From contig NW_027191404.1 of the NCBI RefSeq assembly GCF_041146345.1, positions 2,356,001-2,420,000 on the forward strand: a stretch of 64,000 nt of DNA, read 5' to 3'. The translations under genes and the position numbers were made by a program. This stretch comes from Neodothiora populina (Eukaryota). This document shows, piece after piece, positions 13,613 through 27,261 of the stretch. How positions within the stretch are numbered: position 1 is the first letter of the stretch; each line of letters starts with the position of its first letter. The notes under the pieces were generated by a model. The model was not told where the DNA came from. It did not search any database and saw nothing but the letters and a program-made list of their open reading frames with translations.

Positions 13613-15192
13613 ATGGCTGGCTCTCGACCCGAACGCGTGTATCATCAAGATTACATTGCGCGCATCCGATACTCCAACGTGCTGCCTCCTCCCCCGAATC
13701 CTCCGAAACTGCTCGATATTCCCGGCACTGGTCTAGCGGGTGGACAATACACATCAGCCGCCTTCGCATCACGGCTGGCGCGAGAGCAGCCACTCAACAT
13801 CGAGGCAGACGCCGAACTGGGAATGCCCATTGACCTGATTGGTCTGCCAGGTGTCTTTGATGGAGACGAACGAGGTGCGCGGCCATCTGCTGCGTCTTTA
13901 CTTTATCACGAAGTGGAGGAAAGAACTAACGACGTGTCGCAGCGCTCATGGCTCGCGAGCCAGCACCTGCCATCCACCCCCACGACCGAGCCCTCCTCAA
14001 ACCCCTCACTGCGCTGGGAAAGCCGACGACGATGAATGCGGGAGTTAGTTTCTTGCGCAGAACAGAGTACATCTCCTCCTCCCAGGGCGGCCAGCGCTTC
14101 GAATCCAGCACATCCAAAGACCTCCTGCGTGTGCGTCAAGACTCGAAGCGCAAGAGGAAGCCCGTCAAGAAGGACGATCCCGTCAGTATCCTGCGTGGTC
14201 TGGTCAAGGGCTTCGACATCGCCTATCCGAAAGATGCATACAAGGGAGAAGATTCACAGAGCAATCTGCGCGGTGCCGACATCACAGCCGAAGACATGAA
14301 GGCGTGGAAGAAGCCCAAGCATCCGACGAACCCGCATCTGGAGTTGCTTGACTCCTACCCGCTCCTGCCTGACCTCGACGCCATCCCTACCGACAGCGCC
14401 TATCAAGTCACCAAGTTCAGTGTCAATCCCACTGGCACCACCGAAGGCTACGACGCCCGCCTGGATGTCGCAATCTTGCGCCCTACCAACGCCGACCTTG
14501 AGAAGTACGAGGAGCGCATGGCAGCACGCGTCGACGATCCCACTCTGCCCAAGCCCATTCCCGAGTTCCAGTACGACCTCTTCCTTGCCGAAGGTGACGA
14601 GAACGTCGTCAAGGGCATCAAGCGCAAGTTCGATGTCAACGATCCCGAGTGCGACAGCGAAGAGCTCTATGAGAAGCACGACCAGGACGGTGGTCACTTC
14701 TATTACAAGTTCGTGCGCGAGTACGAGACTTATCAGCAAGCCGGTAATCCCGATGAGCCGTACGGCGACACTGTGGCGCTTGCCATTCACGATCCAGATC
14801 TCCATGCCGGCACCGCGCACGCATCGAACAAGAGACTCAAGAAGGGAGCCTACTACTATCCCATCAAGCAGAGGACAAACCTCCGACCCAAGAGGAAGAA
14901 CAACATACGCGGACAGCAGAGCGAGGGTCCCGAGCACGCCGATGCTATGCTCGTCAAGACGAGAGCGCAGGACGACTACGAGACCTACGACAGACTCAAG
15001 GCGCAGAACAAGCTAGATCCAAGCATCGAGGTGCCCACTCTGCCCGATCAGGGTCACGAGGAGGCACATGAGGTGGCGCACGAGGAGAGTCAAGTCCAGA
15101 CTGAAGGGCAGGTCCAAGCAGATGACGACGGCGATGCCGACGCTGACGCCGACGCCGACGCCGATGCGGATGCTGATGCGGATGCTGAGTAG
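13613..15192 (+). CDS. PAF1: RNA polymerase II-associated factor Paf1 (intron 13875-13942)
   Basis: HQDYIARIRYSNVLPPPPNPPKLL and SFLRRTEYISS motifs, acidic tail; intron GTGCGC..ACTAAC..CAG joins in frame. Confidence 0.93.
15133..15189 (+). repeat. Coding (Asp-Ala)n hexanucleotide repeat at the Paf1 C-terminus
   Basis: GAYGCN repeated ~9 times, encoding DADADADADADADADADAE. Confidence 0.9.
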
Positions 15193-15444
15193 GTAGCAAA
15201 GCATTTAGAGCATTCTCTGGGCGTAGGCATTTGTTCTTTTTGAGTGGCCATAGTACACGTTTTTCCCGAATCCCAATATACCCCTCTGCATATACGGGAT
15301 GTGAAAGTTCTCATCATTACTTCGTGTGACACCTGTGCCGTGGCAGGCGACTAATCCCTTGCCTCATGACGTGTGCATTCTCGCATGTAGACGGCCCGTA
15401 AACCTCGACGTGACTTTGTGGTTGTCAATTTCAAGTGGTCGTCT

Positions 15445-16296
15445 TCAGTCCGACACGTCCAAGCCACTGCCCTCGCTCATCCCCTCCCAGGCTTTATTCA
15501 TCCGCTCTCTGGCAGTTCCATCCTCGCCTTGATCAATCTCCGCATCAACAGCGTCAAGGAATTTCTCCAGACCATCGCCGTTGCTCCAGATGGACGCCCA
15601 CGGCAACGTCACTTCCTTCTGCTGCAATTCGGCAGGTAATCGACTGACATCAACCAGCGAGTAGCACCGGCTCAGCTCGCCGTAGTCGGGCGGTCGCATC
15701 ACCATCTTGACCTCTTCCTCCATGATCTGCGTCTCATCCACATCTTTCACATCCTCCGCCATCGCCGCCGTCACCGTAGCCCCAGCTCCAGCCCCGCTCT
15801 TGACCTGCGTCACATCCCTGAACCCCGTAGCATTACTCGGCCTGGCCCCGTCGCTAGTCTGTAGATTCGACGACAACATGCCCGCATTCTCCCGTCGCCT
15901 CCTGTCGCCGCCGCCACCGCCGCGGTTGCTGGCGCTCTCGCGCGCCGCCGCGGTCGCTTTGTTCGTCAGCGCGCGCATCTCTTTGGCCCGCTTGCGGTGC
16001 TGGTGCTCGTAGCTGTTTTCGTGGGTTTCGATCTGGTCGATGCGCGCGTAGCCTTTGCCGCATAGTTCGCTGGGGGCTTTTGTTAGCTTTTCATCAGTGG
16101 GTTGCGGTTCGGGCGAGGAAGAGGAGGGAGCGGAGGAAGAGGGCGGGTCGAGTCTTTACCAGTAGAATTTACGGGCCAGCTCGCGCGCGCTCTCGGTTTG
16201 CGCGCTGGGGAGCGTTGTTGATCGCTGGTTCTGTCTTGGTGTCAGTCGGAGGTTTCGACAGGGGGAGGTGGACGCTGGATTTTTTACGGGTGGCAT
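15445..16296 (-). CDS. Small C2H2 zinc-finger protein (introns 16287-16231 probable, 16159-16070)
   Basis: Spliced translation TLPSAQTESARELARKFYCELCGKGYARIDQIETHENSYEHQHRKRAKEMR contains a CxxC..H..H finger and continues into the 177-aa ORF. Confidence 0.75.
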
Positions 16297-17819
16297 GATT
16301 GTGGTAGACCTGACAGGCGCGGTCTAGATTTGTCCTCACTTCTACTTATAGCTGTAGGTAGGCGCTCCAGCTGGCCTCAGGAAGTGTTGTCCTCAGTGGC
16401 TGATGGAGCAATAGCTCGATCAAAGACTGGTTCGGATTGAAGAGAAGCGGCGACGGCGACAGCAATGGTGCAGAAGATTGTTGTGCTTTTGATGAACTTC
16501 CACTATTCGCGAGATGCATTTGTTCTCACAAGCCAGATTGGCCTGGCCCCGCCTCACTTGGCTCCCACGGCTAGATCCGAAAGATTGAATCTAATCGATG
16601 AGCCGCATGAGTTACCAGCATTCGAGGCGCCGCAAAGACAAAGACGCTTACCTTACTGCATCTGTCGCCTTCATCCACCCCGCGTCATTGCTTGCATTCA
16701 AAACTGTGAGCACAAGTGGGCAAATGATGCTTAGAACTCGAGTGTCTTAGCTATATTACTCGACCCTCAAACTTGCGCAGCTGCTCACTCGTGCTTGCGT
16801 GACTTATGTGTCTTTCGCACCACACGGCTCTTCTGCTACTAACTACCGCCTTGAGTCATTTGCTCGTGTATTTGTAGATTGAGTCTCCATGTGGCTAGGT
16901 ACTTGACATGCCCATGCAACAAGCAGATCCGGTTCCACAATCACCAGATGACCGCATCCATACCGACTCGCGATTGGACGTTCCCATCGTACGAGGATCA
17001 AATGCCCGAGGCTGCGTCTTTGCGTGGCGTAAGAGGGGGCGTCCGTCCGGGCTTCGAGACTCACCGACTGACTGGAGGAGCTTCCGGCCGTGTCTTTCGC
17101 TTCGGACGTCTCGCTACGATCGCACGCATCATCGCCATCGATAACCATCTCGAGGATTTCAGATAATTGTTCTTGTCCCCGAGTCACGCATGATTGCTAT
17201 CGCAAGTCTCACTGGCTAAGAAGGCACTGACGATATGCTGCCTCGGCTCAATCATTCGCAGACCAGAAGCGAGCATCCAGGTGGATGGTTTCGCGTCTTG
17301 GCAGCCAGTTTTCACCCAGGCCCATGAGTAAGAAAAGTGTTAGCCCTAAGGTACATCGGCAAGTGAGGTGCAGCATCTACCACTTTGACTTTACCTGCAC
17401 CTTAGTTCACTTGTACTGTACCATTCTCCAACGTTGCGAACCTGCTTACGCACGTAAACTTTACATCCCACTTTGCCTATTCCTTCCATGTTTGTAACCA
17501 TCCGAGAAAAGTACAGATGATAGCCATGGCGATGATGAACTGGCTCGCCTACGGCCGATACTTGTTCTGACCACTTTGCTGTAGTAGTTTATGGTAAGGT
17601 ACCTAGACTTTGGCTTCTCTGCACCATTCTTTTCCTTATACACAGCGCCCGCGGAGGGAATCTACCCGACCCACCTTGCAAACCGGCCGAAGTGGGCGGA
17701 CCTGGGTTACTGTGCCCCTCTGTCACATGGAAATATAACAGGCAGACTGAAGCCCTCCACTGGAATCAACCACTTTGACATACAATTCCCATTGCGCACC
17801 ATAACAAACTCGTTCTACA

Positions 17820-18934
17820 ATGTCACAATTTACTTCGAATATGGAATTTGTCGGTCTGAGACCTACTCAGGAAAAGAGAAGGCCGAAGAACCCGAGGTCA
17901 CCCACTGTGGTATGCACTATCCGACTTTCTTCATTTTCAGAATATGTAACTGACCTTCTACAAAGATCGTAAGAGACAGTCTCTCTCTCACGACATGGCT
18001 CTGCTTGGGCGCAGTACTCCAGTCTGCTGCTTTCTTGTCAGTAGGACGGTTGGCATTCCTTCCCGCCACGGCGTATCTCGTGTATCGTGCAGGCGAGGCC
18101 TACGCCATGGCGACGGGGCTGATGAGGAATCCCTACATGGACAATGTAGTCATGGAGAAGCACTCTGCCCAGTTTCCTGATCCCGTGACTGGGAGATACG
18201 GAAGCACCCCGGGCAACAGCGACGTGACGCTGCTGATCATTGGCGCGAGATCCAATCATCCTTATGGTCTCATAGCTCCGGGCTTCAAGGCACTTGGCGA
18301 CCACATGTCGGGCATGATCGAGCAACTCCAAGGTCAGTTTCTGTCCCGCATCCCGCCGCATCACCAGCGCGAGCAAAGAAATCTCTGTGCGAAAAGCAGA
18401 CCCTAACCTCTCACAGAAAACCCAATCGACCACGGCTTCCTCGGCGCAAGCAGTTTTCTAGGCCAGCAACGCTCGACGAAAAATACGATAATGAGCATCA
18501 TGTACTTCAAGTCTGCAGCCGACGTGCACGCCTTCGCCGAGTCCCCCGTGCACCGCGACGCCGTGACTTGGTGGAACAGAATCGTCGGCGCGCACCCGCA
18601 CCTGACTATTTTCCATGAGCTCTATCAGGTCCCCAAGGGTAATTGGGAGAGTATCTACATGCAGAGTGCGCCCATTGGTGTCGCGGACACGATGCATCAC
18701 GTCTGTGATCCTGCCGCTACCGAGTCTGTCTTGTCGGAGAAGACTCCTCTTGTTGCCGCCACTGTCGCTAGAGAAAGCGCTCTCGAGGAGGCGAGGACGG
18801 GCGTTGCTTCTGCTCCTACTGCTGCTGCTGGTGCACAAGACGGTGCTGGCGTGTGGATGAGTCCCATCGTCGACGCACGAAGGGGTATCCTCAAGGATAG
18901 CGCGGGCCGCATGGGCTTGAGAACCAAGCACTAA
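17820..18934 (+). CDS. DUF4188 / af470-like monooxygenase-family protein (exons 17820-17909, 17966-18332, 18417-18934)
   Basis: Motifs GARSNHPYGLIAPGF, GFLGASSF, MYFKSAADVHAFAESPVHRDAVTWW and IFHELYQVPKGNWESIY; both introns are canonical and in frame. Confidence 0.75.
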
Positions 18935-19157
18935 TTGTCGACTCGCTGTCTGTTTACTTTCTTTCTGCCCATCTCCACCGACTGACTCGGTGCAGCATAT
19001 GATGATTGTTTTCACTCGCTGGCCAGTGGCATTTCTGTTGTTGATTATTCTTCTTGCGCAACGCATGTAGACGAGAATGTATATGTCGTGCATGTCCTTC
19101 GCCATTTAATAGTTTGGCGCTGTCCCGGATTATAAACACATAATGGAAGACGAAAGA

Positions 19158-19378
19158 GTCACGGTCACAAGAACATGAAACACGAAGATTTAGATATTAA
19201 GAAAAACCTGGTCTTTCGCAGACTCGTTGATTTTCTCTTTACAATATAATGGAAAAAGAAAAACGCGTCACGATCACAAGAACAGGAAACACGAAGGTTT
19301 AGATATTGAACAGAAAAAAAAAACCTGGTCTTTCGCAGACTCATTGATTTTCTCTTTACAATACAATGAAAAAGAAAC
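19158..19378. repeat. Tandem direct duplication, period ~109 bp, two copies
   Basis: Copy 1 starts GTCACGGTCACAAGAAC at 19158 and copy 2 starts GTCACGATCACAAGAAC at 19267. Both share the core AAACCTGGTCTTTCGCAGACTCRTTGATTTTCTCTTTACAATA. Confidence 0.95.
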
Positions 19379-19503
19379 AAAAATCTAAAAACACTCAGTG
19401 ACACAACAATACTGTGTCCTATCGACCATTTTCATACACATCAACTTGAACAACGAAACCCCATCCATCCATCCACCGCTCTCTCCTCTCACTACACCCA
19501 CGC

Positions 19504-20520
19504 TTAAAGCATGAAAGCAACACCGGCAACACCAGCAAGCAGACCCATACCAGCCTTGACGTTAGACGCGCCACCGGAGTAAACAGGCTTGGCACCAGTG
19601 GAAGTAGAGCTAGCGCCAGGAGCGTAGGCGCCAGCGGTGACAGGGCCAGTGGTGACGGCGGGGCCGTGGCCCTGGACAACAGTGGTGCTGTAGGTGGTTC
19701 CGGAAGGCGAGGGGACGGCGACGACCTTGGTGGACACGGGCACGACGGTGGTTGAGCCGCCGACGACGCTGGTCGCGTATACGGTTGCGGTGGAGGCTCC
19801 CCATGCGCAGGAGCATGCGGCCGGGCCGGCGGGGATCACGGTGCTGGTGGGGCAGATGTAGTCGGTTGAGGTGACGGGGATGACTTCGGTCACGACGGCT
19901 GCGCCGACGGCGCCGCGCAGAGGGCAGTCGGTGACGGTCGGGGCGCACGACGAGATGGTTTGGACTGCGGTGCTGTAGAGGGTCGAGGTCATGGTGCCGC
20001 CGGGGGCGATGGTGGTGGGCTCGTCCTCGGAGATCTGGAGGGCGAAGTCGATGCCGTCGGCGGCGTAGGCGGCGCCGACGGAGCTGTAGAGCGCGCAGGT
20101 GCGGGCGGCGGTGTCGAACGCGGTCGCGGTGCAGTCGGGGACGGCGTCGCAGGCTGCGAGACAGTCCTGGATGTTGGCCGGGGCGACGGTGGCCTGGCGC
20201 TTGGCGAAGGCGGTCGAGTTGTACTGGACGTCGATGATGACACCGAAGTGGTTGGTCGAGCACTCGAGGAGGAACTCGACACCCGAGGGGCTCGTGAGGA
20301 CGGAGCCGGAAAGCTTGGGGCAGAAGAGAGACTCGGGGAGCGCGGTCGAGTTGGACATGGAGCCTCCGCTGGGCATACCGCTGGGTCTGGCACTACCAGC
20401 GCCAGAGGTGCCGTTGCCAGCAGGCATGGTTCCGTTATAGGAAACACCCTGAGGGATGGCGGTGGCGAGGCCAGAGAAGGCCATGAGGCCGGCTGCGGCG
20501 GTGACGATCATGGAAGGCAT
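19504..20520 (-). CDS. Secreted, probably GPI-anchored cell-wall protein with PAN/Apple-like domain and Ser/Thr-rich stalk
   Basis: Signal peptide, CLAACDAVPDCTATAFDTAARTCALYS Apple-like Cys pattern, TISSCAPTVTDCP motif, and hydrophobic C-terminus after YSGGAS. Confidence 0.75.
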   Translation of the reverse strand: MPSMIVTAAAGLMAFSGLATAIPQGVSYNGTMPAGNGTSGAGSARPSGMPSGGSMSNSTALPESLFCPKLSGSVLTSPSGVEFLLECSTNHFGVIIDVQYNSTAFAKRQATVAPANIQDCLAACDAVPDCTATAFDTAARTCALYSSVGAAYAADGIDFALQISEDEPTTIAPGGTMTSTLYSTAVQTISSCAPTVTDCPLRGAVGAAVVTEVIPVTSTDYICPTSTVIPAGPAACSCAWGASTATVYATSVVGGSTTVVPVSTKVVAVPSPSGTTYSTTVVQGHGPAVTTGPVTAGAYAPGASSTSTGAKPVYSGGASNVKAGMGLLAGVAGVAFML

Positions 20521-22078
20521 TTTGATTTTTGAGTGTTGGAACGAATGGACGGCTGAGCCACAAAGACGGATGATTATTATTAAGAGAGGGGGGGTTATAG
20601 CGATGGAATTGTCTTGATGGAAAGAAAAGTCATTGAGAAGTGGAAAGCAGGACTTATTATATGCTGCTCTTCAACCTACATGGATCCTTGGTCTGGCTTG
20701 ACTACTATTGCATAGGAGCCGAACGTAGGACTCGAACAATCTCCGTCTTCCCCTGTACCTAGAACGTTAGGGGGCCGTTATGAATATGTACCCACAACAC
20801 AGAGAGAAAAGGCATCAAGTCGAGCGTTTGATACACTTTTCGACCCGACAACCGACGGCAAACGTTTGATCTAGCGTTTGATAGCAACAGAGGTGGCAGG
20901 ATAGGTGGCTGTGGATGTCGAATCGTGCAATCGATGATCATGCGAGGACGTCGCGTGCACTCACAGAGCATGGGAGGACGTTGAGATGGCTATGTGGAGG
21001 AAGTGTCGGCTAGCCGACCTTGCATGGCGACGATGAGGTGGAGACCGAAATTGTCCTTGCGGCATTGTCTATCATGTCATTTTCGCACACAGCATACACA
21101 GCATACACAGGACATTCTGTCAGTCGGGCTGGATTTCACAACAAATGGACACTGGACGTCATCGTCATTTGAGGTCGGTTGGCTAAGGAGATTGTAAGGC
21201 GACGGCGGCCGTTTGTCCCCTGCCTTCGCTTACTGCTTTTGAGGGGTGAGAGGCCAGGCTCATACCTCCTTTCGCCAAGACAGTATGGTATGGCAGCACA
21301 TGGCGTCCTCGTCCGCGGCCGTTGACTGCTACAGTGACGAAAGCAACAACAAGCAATGAGACGTTGATCTATGGCGAAAGGATGATCAATTGGCTCGATT
21401 ACCGGATTAGACAGTTGAGTGAGCAAGCCGGAATTGAGCATGTCACGACGTTGTCGTTTACATTGTTTATTGTGGAGTTCGGCCTATAATGTTAATTTGC
21501 CATGGGCCGCTTGACCACCAGAAGAAAACCATGGACGTCACAAAGGAGGTATTATCGATTAAAAATAGATCTTGTGTTCCATTGTACCACACGAGGTTTG
21601 TAAGAAATACTGGATGCCAGGCCGTCTGCCGTGTTGACCTTCTTACGTTATGCAAGTGATTGCGAGATTATGGTGTCAAACGAGATGCGATGCTAGTCAC
21701 CGGTGCAAATGATCGATTTACATCATGTCAGATTTGTAGAAGGAGGGATAGAGTAGCCAGCAAGGATAGTTTGGATCTAGATAGACCGATCTAAGTCTAC
21801 GATAAGTCAATGTCAACCTACACATTCACATGGTACAATTCAGTGCCAGAGGTAAATGATGGAGATGGAGATGCAGATGTGAAGCGGGGTGCCAAGACCA
21901 CGGGAGAACGTCGGTACAGAACAGACAGCCCAGACAGGGCAGGTGCGGTGCTGCTGACCACAAGGCAGGCAGGCACAGGCAGCGCAGCGAGTGACAAGGC
22001 CCGGCGCATCAGTGAATGCTGAACATTGATTGAATTCATCTTTTTGACTGTCAGCTGTACATTTATTCTCCAGCGACG

Positions 22079-23154
22079 ATGACTAGCATAACAGATGTCC
22101 CTCAGAGGGAGAAGCCCTTCGTGCCTGCGAAGAAGGTCAACTCTGAGTACCCGGTGCGTTCCCGCTTCCGCCTTCACCACCACCACCTGCCACCCATCTG
22201 CACCACTTCAGCCGGCCATTGACTATTGCCATTGACCTCTGCTCGACGTCTTCTGATATGCAACACTTGTCTAATGATATACTGACATGTCTCGCAGCTC
22301 ATTGACAGTGATCCGTAAGCTCAACGAACCCTCCGGCTACACCAATGTCTTCCTTTTACTCGACGAGTATTCCTAATATACGTCACAGCCACTTCAAGCG
22401 AGTTATCGGATACTCCAGACCCATGGACTGGGTGTACGGAGCTGGATTTGGATCTCTTCTTCCAGCATCAATGCTCCTGATGGAGCGCGTCTCACCCACA
22501 AATGTCGGCAAGGGCGGCTTTGCCAGCGCAATGCGTCTATCGGGAGGTGTCGGTCTCGCTGCCGCCTTCTTCATGACTTACTCAAGATCCATCAGTACGT
22601 CTTTCTTTCTTTCTTGATCTTCTGGGTTTCTTTATGAAGGGCTTCTACACAGGTGTTTTGATTAGGCAGAGTGTGGACACGTGAAAAGACAGCGCGGGAG
22701 ATGTAAAAAAGACTAGAGGCAATGAAGATGACAGCGACGAAAGGAGGAATATACTACGAACACGGCCATCAAGCCCAGGCTCAGCTACGGCTCGCTGACT
22801 CTATCATCTGTTACAGACCGCTTCTACGGCTTCACGGAGAACCGCCGCGAGGTCGACATGGACATGCGCGAGATGGTCGACAAGGTCAAGCGCGGCGAGC
22901 CCATCTACGGCACCAGCGAGCTCACCGAGTACATGCAAGGTGTCGCCAGCAGACAGAGCAGATACGCCGGCACCTGGATCCACGTCATGCCGTGGTTCAA
23001 CTTTGTCAACCACAACCAGGTATGTTCGTTTCTTTTCTCGTTTGATATTGCCTCCTTGCTGACGGGTTTGATCCAATCACAGCACGGTGTCGACACCGCA
23101 AAATACTACCAACAAGCCGAAAGGGAGCTCGAGGCCGAGAAGCAGAGATCATAA
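22079..23154 (+). CDS. NADH:ubiquinone oxidoreductase 21 kDa fungal subunit (NUXM / Nuo20.9); exons 22079-22153, 22298-22314, 22389-22594, 22817-23019, 23083-23154
   Basis: Spliced protein VNSEYPLIDSDPHFKRVIGYSRP...RFYGFTENRREVDMDMREMVDKVKRGEPIYG...PWFNFVNHNQHGVDTAKYYQQAE, including a 17-nt micro-exon. Confidence 0.9.
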
Positions 23155-23607
23155 GGAGGAGGAAAAAGAGCAATCATATGCTCCTTTTTCTTCTCTTTTG
23201 CACCAAATTCACAATCCTTCTTCGTCATGTCAAACCTCGTTATTTCTGTCCTCCTCCCAAATATCCCTCCATAGGCGCTTCATAAAAGTGGCATGAGAGT
23301 CGTTGCGCTCTTCCATTTGTAGATCGAAGCCACAAACAACCCGAAAGTAAAAAAAAAACCCGACTTCAATTCATTTTCACAGCCGTATCGTTCTGAATTT
23401 GAGTATGGTGAAGAAAGTACTTGTGCGTGAGACTTCCTACTGGTACAGTGTTCCGATGTTTTGTTTTCCATTTTCTATGTTATTTACGTTACGATACATT
23501 TTTTCTGCTTCTTGCTTCTACACTTGGTGATTCGCATCACTTCCATCACTATGTTCCTCTGACTCTCACCGAATTCACGACCGGACAACATGAGTCTCTA
23601 TCGACGT

Positions 23608-26319
23608 TCAAGCCAACGACGCGATCTTGGTAAAGATCCAAGTCGAGGCATACATATTGACCCTATCAGCTCATCCATTAGCGATGGAAATCCTCACGCA
23701 GCAAAGCTCGAAAAGAAAATGAAAAAGGAAACCACATACCGATCAATACAGCTGCCAGGCGGAATCCGCGCACCAACCCTCTTGGCCGCAAACCCATTCG
23801 CCTCAAAGGTATCCACATACCACGGCCTCAACCCCGCACTGCGCACCATACACCGCCCACCCATCTGCAACGCACGATTGACGACCCTGACCTGCTTCCG
23901 CGCGGCGCCGTCGACGTCTCGACTATCAAACCAGTCCATACTGTCCATCAGCACAGCAATAGTCAGAGTCTCGGGCCGCATGCGAGCCATGACTTCGCAC
24001 AGCTCGTCGGTGTGGATGCGCAGGCCGTCGAAGGCGGCGGGCGCGGAGAACTTCGTGTGTGCTTTCGGGGAGAGGTAGGAGGGGTGGCACCGCCGCGTGT
24101 AGTGCCCTGACAGACATAACTGGTAGTAGTGGTTTTCGGAGCTCACGAGCGAGTTGTTGATCACTGGGTCCAGCGTGTTGACGGCGTATTCCCAGATCGC
24201 TTGGCCGGATTTGATGCCGCTTGCTGTGGGACGCGGTGGTGGTCTTGTTGTTGCTGTTCTTGTAGTTGCTAAGGATGGGGACGTGGGAGGGCAGGGTCTG
24301 TCGAGTTGTGCGACGTAGTCCCGCTCGATCATCTCGCGCTGCGCCTTGGGCACTCCCAATGCCCGCCACAGGAATCTCTCTGTGCCAACGACTGTGTATG
24401 CGAGGAACTGGCTGAGCAGGACTCTGCGCACTCGCTTGTACCAGATCTCGCGCTGCTCGGCCAGAGTGGCTGCGTTGCACAAGTCATCGAGGTCCTTGCT
24501 GATGCCGAGGATCTTGCCCAGCCAATGCACGAGGTTCAGCGCGTGTCTGGAGCCGCCGGTGTAGTATAGGCCTTTGGAGCGTGCGCCGAACGTCGCCTCG
24601 CCTTTGTGCAGCCAGTAGTCGAAGGCTTGACACGAGAGGTGCGGAGACATGTGGTTGATGAGCAGGGAGCGGAAGTTGTCATGTTTGCCTTCTCCGAACA
24701 GTGTCCATACGTCTGCGTACTTGAGAGATGTGAAGGCGGCGACTTTTAGCTCGAGGAGATGGTTTTGATTGGGGTTGAGGTCGACGGCGTGGATGCGTTT
24801 CGGCCTCTCGAGCGCGTATGATAGGATGTTGTCGCCCGCACTTGTGATTGCGAGGATAACGTCTTCGGATGTGATCTTGAGCAGTCGAGCGTCAACTCTT
24901 GCGTCTTCCCATGTGAAAGCATAGATGTACTCGTCGCCGAATTGAGCGTGCTTTTGGAGCTTCTCGTCGTAGTAGATTCTCCAATGATGTTGCTGGTACC
25001 AAGCCGCAGGCAGGGGCAGACTTGCTGCCAGATTCACTATAGCGGTATCGTATGCTTTGGAACGCAGATCTGATGATGACGTCCTCCTGTTTCCCGCAAT
25101 GACCGATTTCTTTTGCAAGTCAAGGGCAGCGATGAACGGAGATTCCGTCACTGCAGCGTCGAGCGTGGCGAGGTTGGAGGACGAGGCCTTGGTCTGCTTC
25201 GCGCATCCTATCCAGATATAGTATGGGATGCGGAAGAAGAAGAATCTGTTACGAGCGTTTGTGCTAAGTATGGTGCCAAACTTGTACTCGATGTAGTCCT
25301 GTATGATGGTGAGTGCCTTATTACGTTGTTTTTGCTATTCTTCTCACTTACCCTTCTGGCGGCATCCAGGGAAACCCTGTCCAATTCGAACCTGATTTTA
25401 CGTTTAGAAAACTTCCCGTTCATACTCAGGAAGTTCATAACACATACCACGTGCGCCAGAAGACTCTCGACAACCACATGCAGTGACGGTTGATCACACC
25501 ACCGACATAATTGCGGTTCTGAAAATCGACCTTGTTCTGGACGTAAAAGTCCACAATACCCATGATCCCATCAGGGGCGAGGAGGCACGCAAGAGAATCA
25601 ATGACTGGATGGAACTCAGGTATCATGGACAGGCTGTAGCTCATGGTCAGAACATCAGCGCCGAACTCGACGGCCGCGTTCTCATCATGCATGGCACTGC
25701 CACCAATACTGAACACAGCCTTGTCATCGTCGACACCAGATTCATAATCGCCGAGTCTGAACCTCCGAGCATCCTCACAAACGACCTTGACATTCTTCCA
25801 TCCGAGCCTGGTGAACCTGGCTCTAGCGATCCGACACAGAGAAGGAGAGAAGTCGACGAGGTATACGGCATGGAAGAAGTGCTCGACGGGCAGATAGCTT
25901 TGCATCTTCTCGATGTTCCAACCCGTGCCGCCTCCGATGTCTACCCAGATGGGCTTGCGAGACCGATCAGCCACGCGAGCTTGGTGTTTGATCTGCGCGG
26001 CGACCATGGCAAGCATGTCTTCTCTGCCGTGAAGGAGCTTCGAGCGTGTGGCGTCGTAGATGCCCGCTTGTGACTTGTAGAAGCTCTCGAGTGCATCTTG
26101 CTGAGATCCATTGCTGTCTCCTGTGTGTGGCTTCAGAAAGCAGTTCCAGGCAAACTTCGCCGCAACCTTCATCTGCCCGAGGACTTTACGGGCGGTCTCG
26201 AGTTCGGTGAACGATAATGTGAAGTAAGTGACGAGGATGAGAACGAGTAGGATGGTCGCGATACTGATCTGATTGAAGGGACTAGCCAACGCATGTAGCG
26301 CTGTATGGGCGATGTCCAT
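23608..26319 (-). CDS. BTA1: Betaine lipid (DGTS) synthase, BtaB-methyltransferase / BtaA(DUF3419) fusion; introns 25447-25392, 25351-25299, 23739-23663
   Basis: QQDALESFYKSQAGIYDATRSKLLHGRE, WVDIGGGTG, YIYAFTWED, AITSAGDN, AVDLNPNQNHLLELK and C-terminal DRVNMYASTW. Confidence 0.92.
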
Positions 26320-27261
26320 GATCAAGAACTGCAAGAGAAGGGATGTCTAGTTATTTCTGGACCAAGAGAGAAGGAAAGTGAATGGCATTGCGATAGTCAA
26401 TGGACGGGGACACATTTGATAATTAAAGTCTTCCATTGAACAGTCAATTGATCAACACGAAGATTTGCACTCGGCATAAGTTACAACAATTGCTGCCCCT
26501 CATACCCCTCCTTTTCCGTTTCAGTGGCATATCTGTTCGGGGACCACCTTGCACGAGAGATGTTGCTAGCCTATAGGAGTCAACACAAACGAAACGAGTT
26601 GTGAAGTCGACGGTTACTATCAGTATCTCGGGGTCGTGACACGACTGGCGGTCTAAACCCTTGGAGCATTCGGAGACTTAAGCCATATACGGTGCAGCGC
26701 TGAACACGGATCTCGAAAGGCGGACCTATCGTGTTGTTTTGCATGACCTCGTGGGTTGACAAGACTCAAGAGGTGGAAGTTCTAGGTGTTGCGGTTGATT
26801 AGCCAATCACAGCGTCAGGTGGGGTCCACGGGATTCGTTTGGCGAGGCTTCTTCGACTTCACCTCTCCATCAACATACCGTAGGTACACCAGCTCAAAAG
26901 TGAAGATCAGTCAATTGACTTTGAGAAACGTCTTTGGTCTTCTCCGGTTGAATACTGGGTCGAACACTACATTGATAGAAGTACTAAATCGCTGCAGTCC
27001 GGCCCAAACGCTCGCGCTCGTTGAAGATGCCACATTAACGCCGGGCAAATGCTCCTCTATGCCGCTAAGTTGTTCCCTCCGTAGACGCCTGTAGTGAACC
27101 TCTAAAACCTTCCATCAATTACTATCTATGCAATCATAAAGTCCGCGAGGAAGGAGTCGTTGAGATCCTTTCCTTGGAGTGGTATCATAAGAAAATTGCT
27201 CCCCTTGCCGTTGTTGCATTGGAACCACACAAAAGTTGTGCACTCAGGCACAGACTATCAG

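Noticed and set aside
16300..17800. Short ORFs in this interval and in 35900-37400
   Set aside because: No recognisable domains or consistent splice structure; probably promoter or UTR sequence.
22595..22816. Possible box C/D snoRNA in NUXM intron 3
   Set aside because: Only a degenerate C box, the CTGA coincides with the branch site, and I could identify no rRNA guide.
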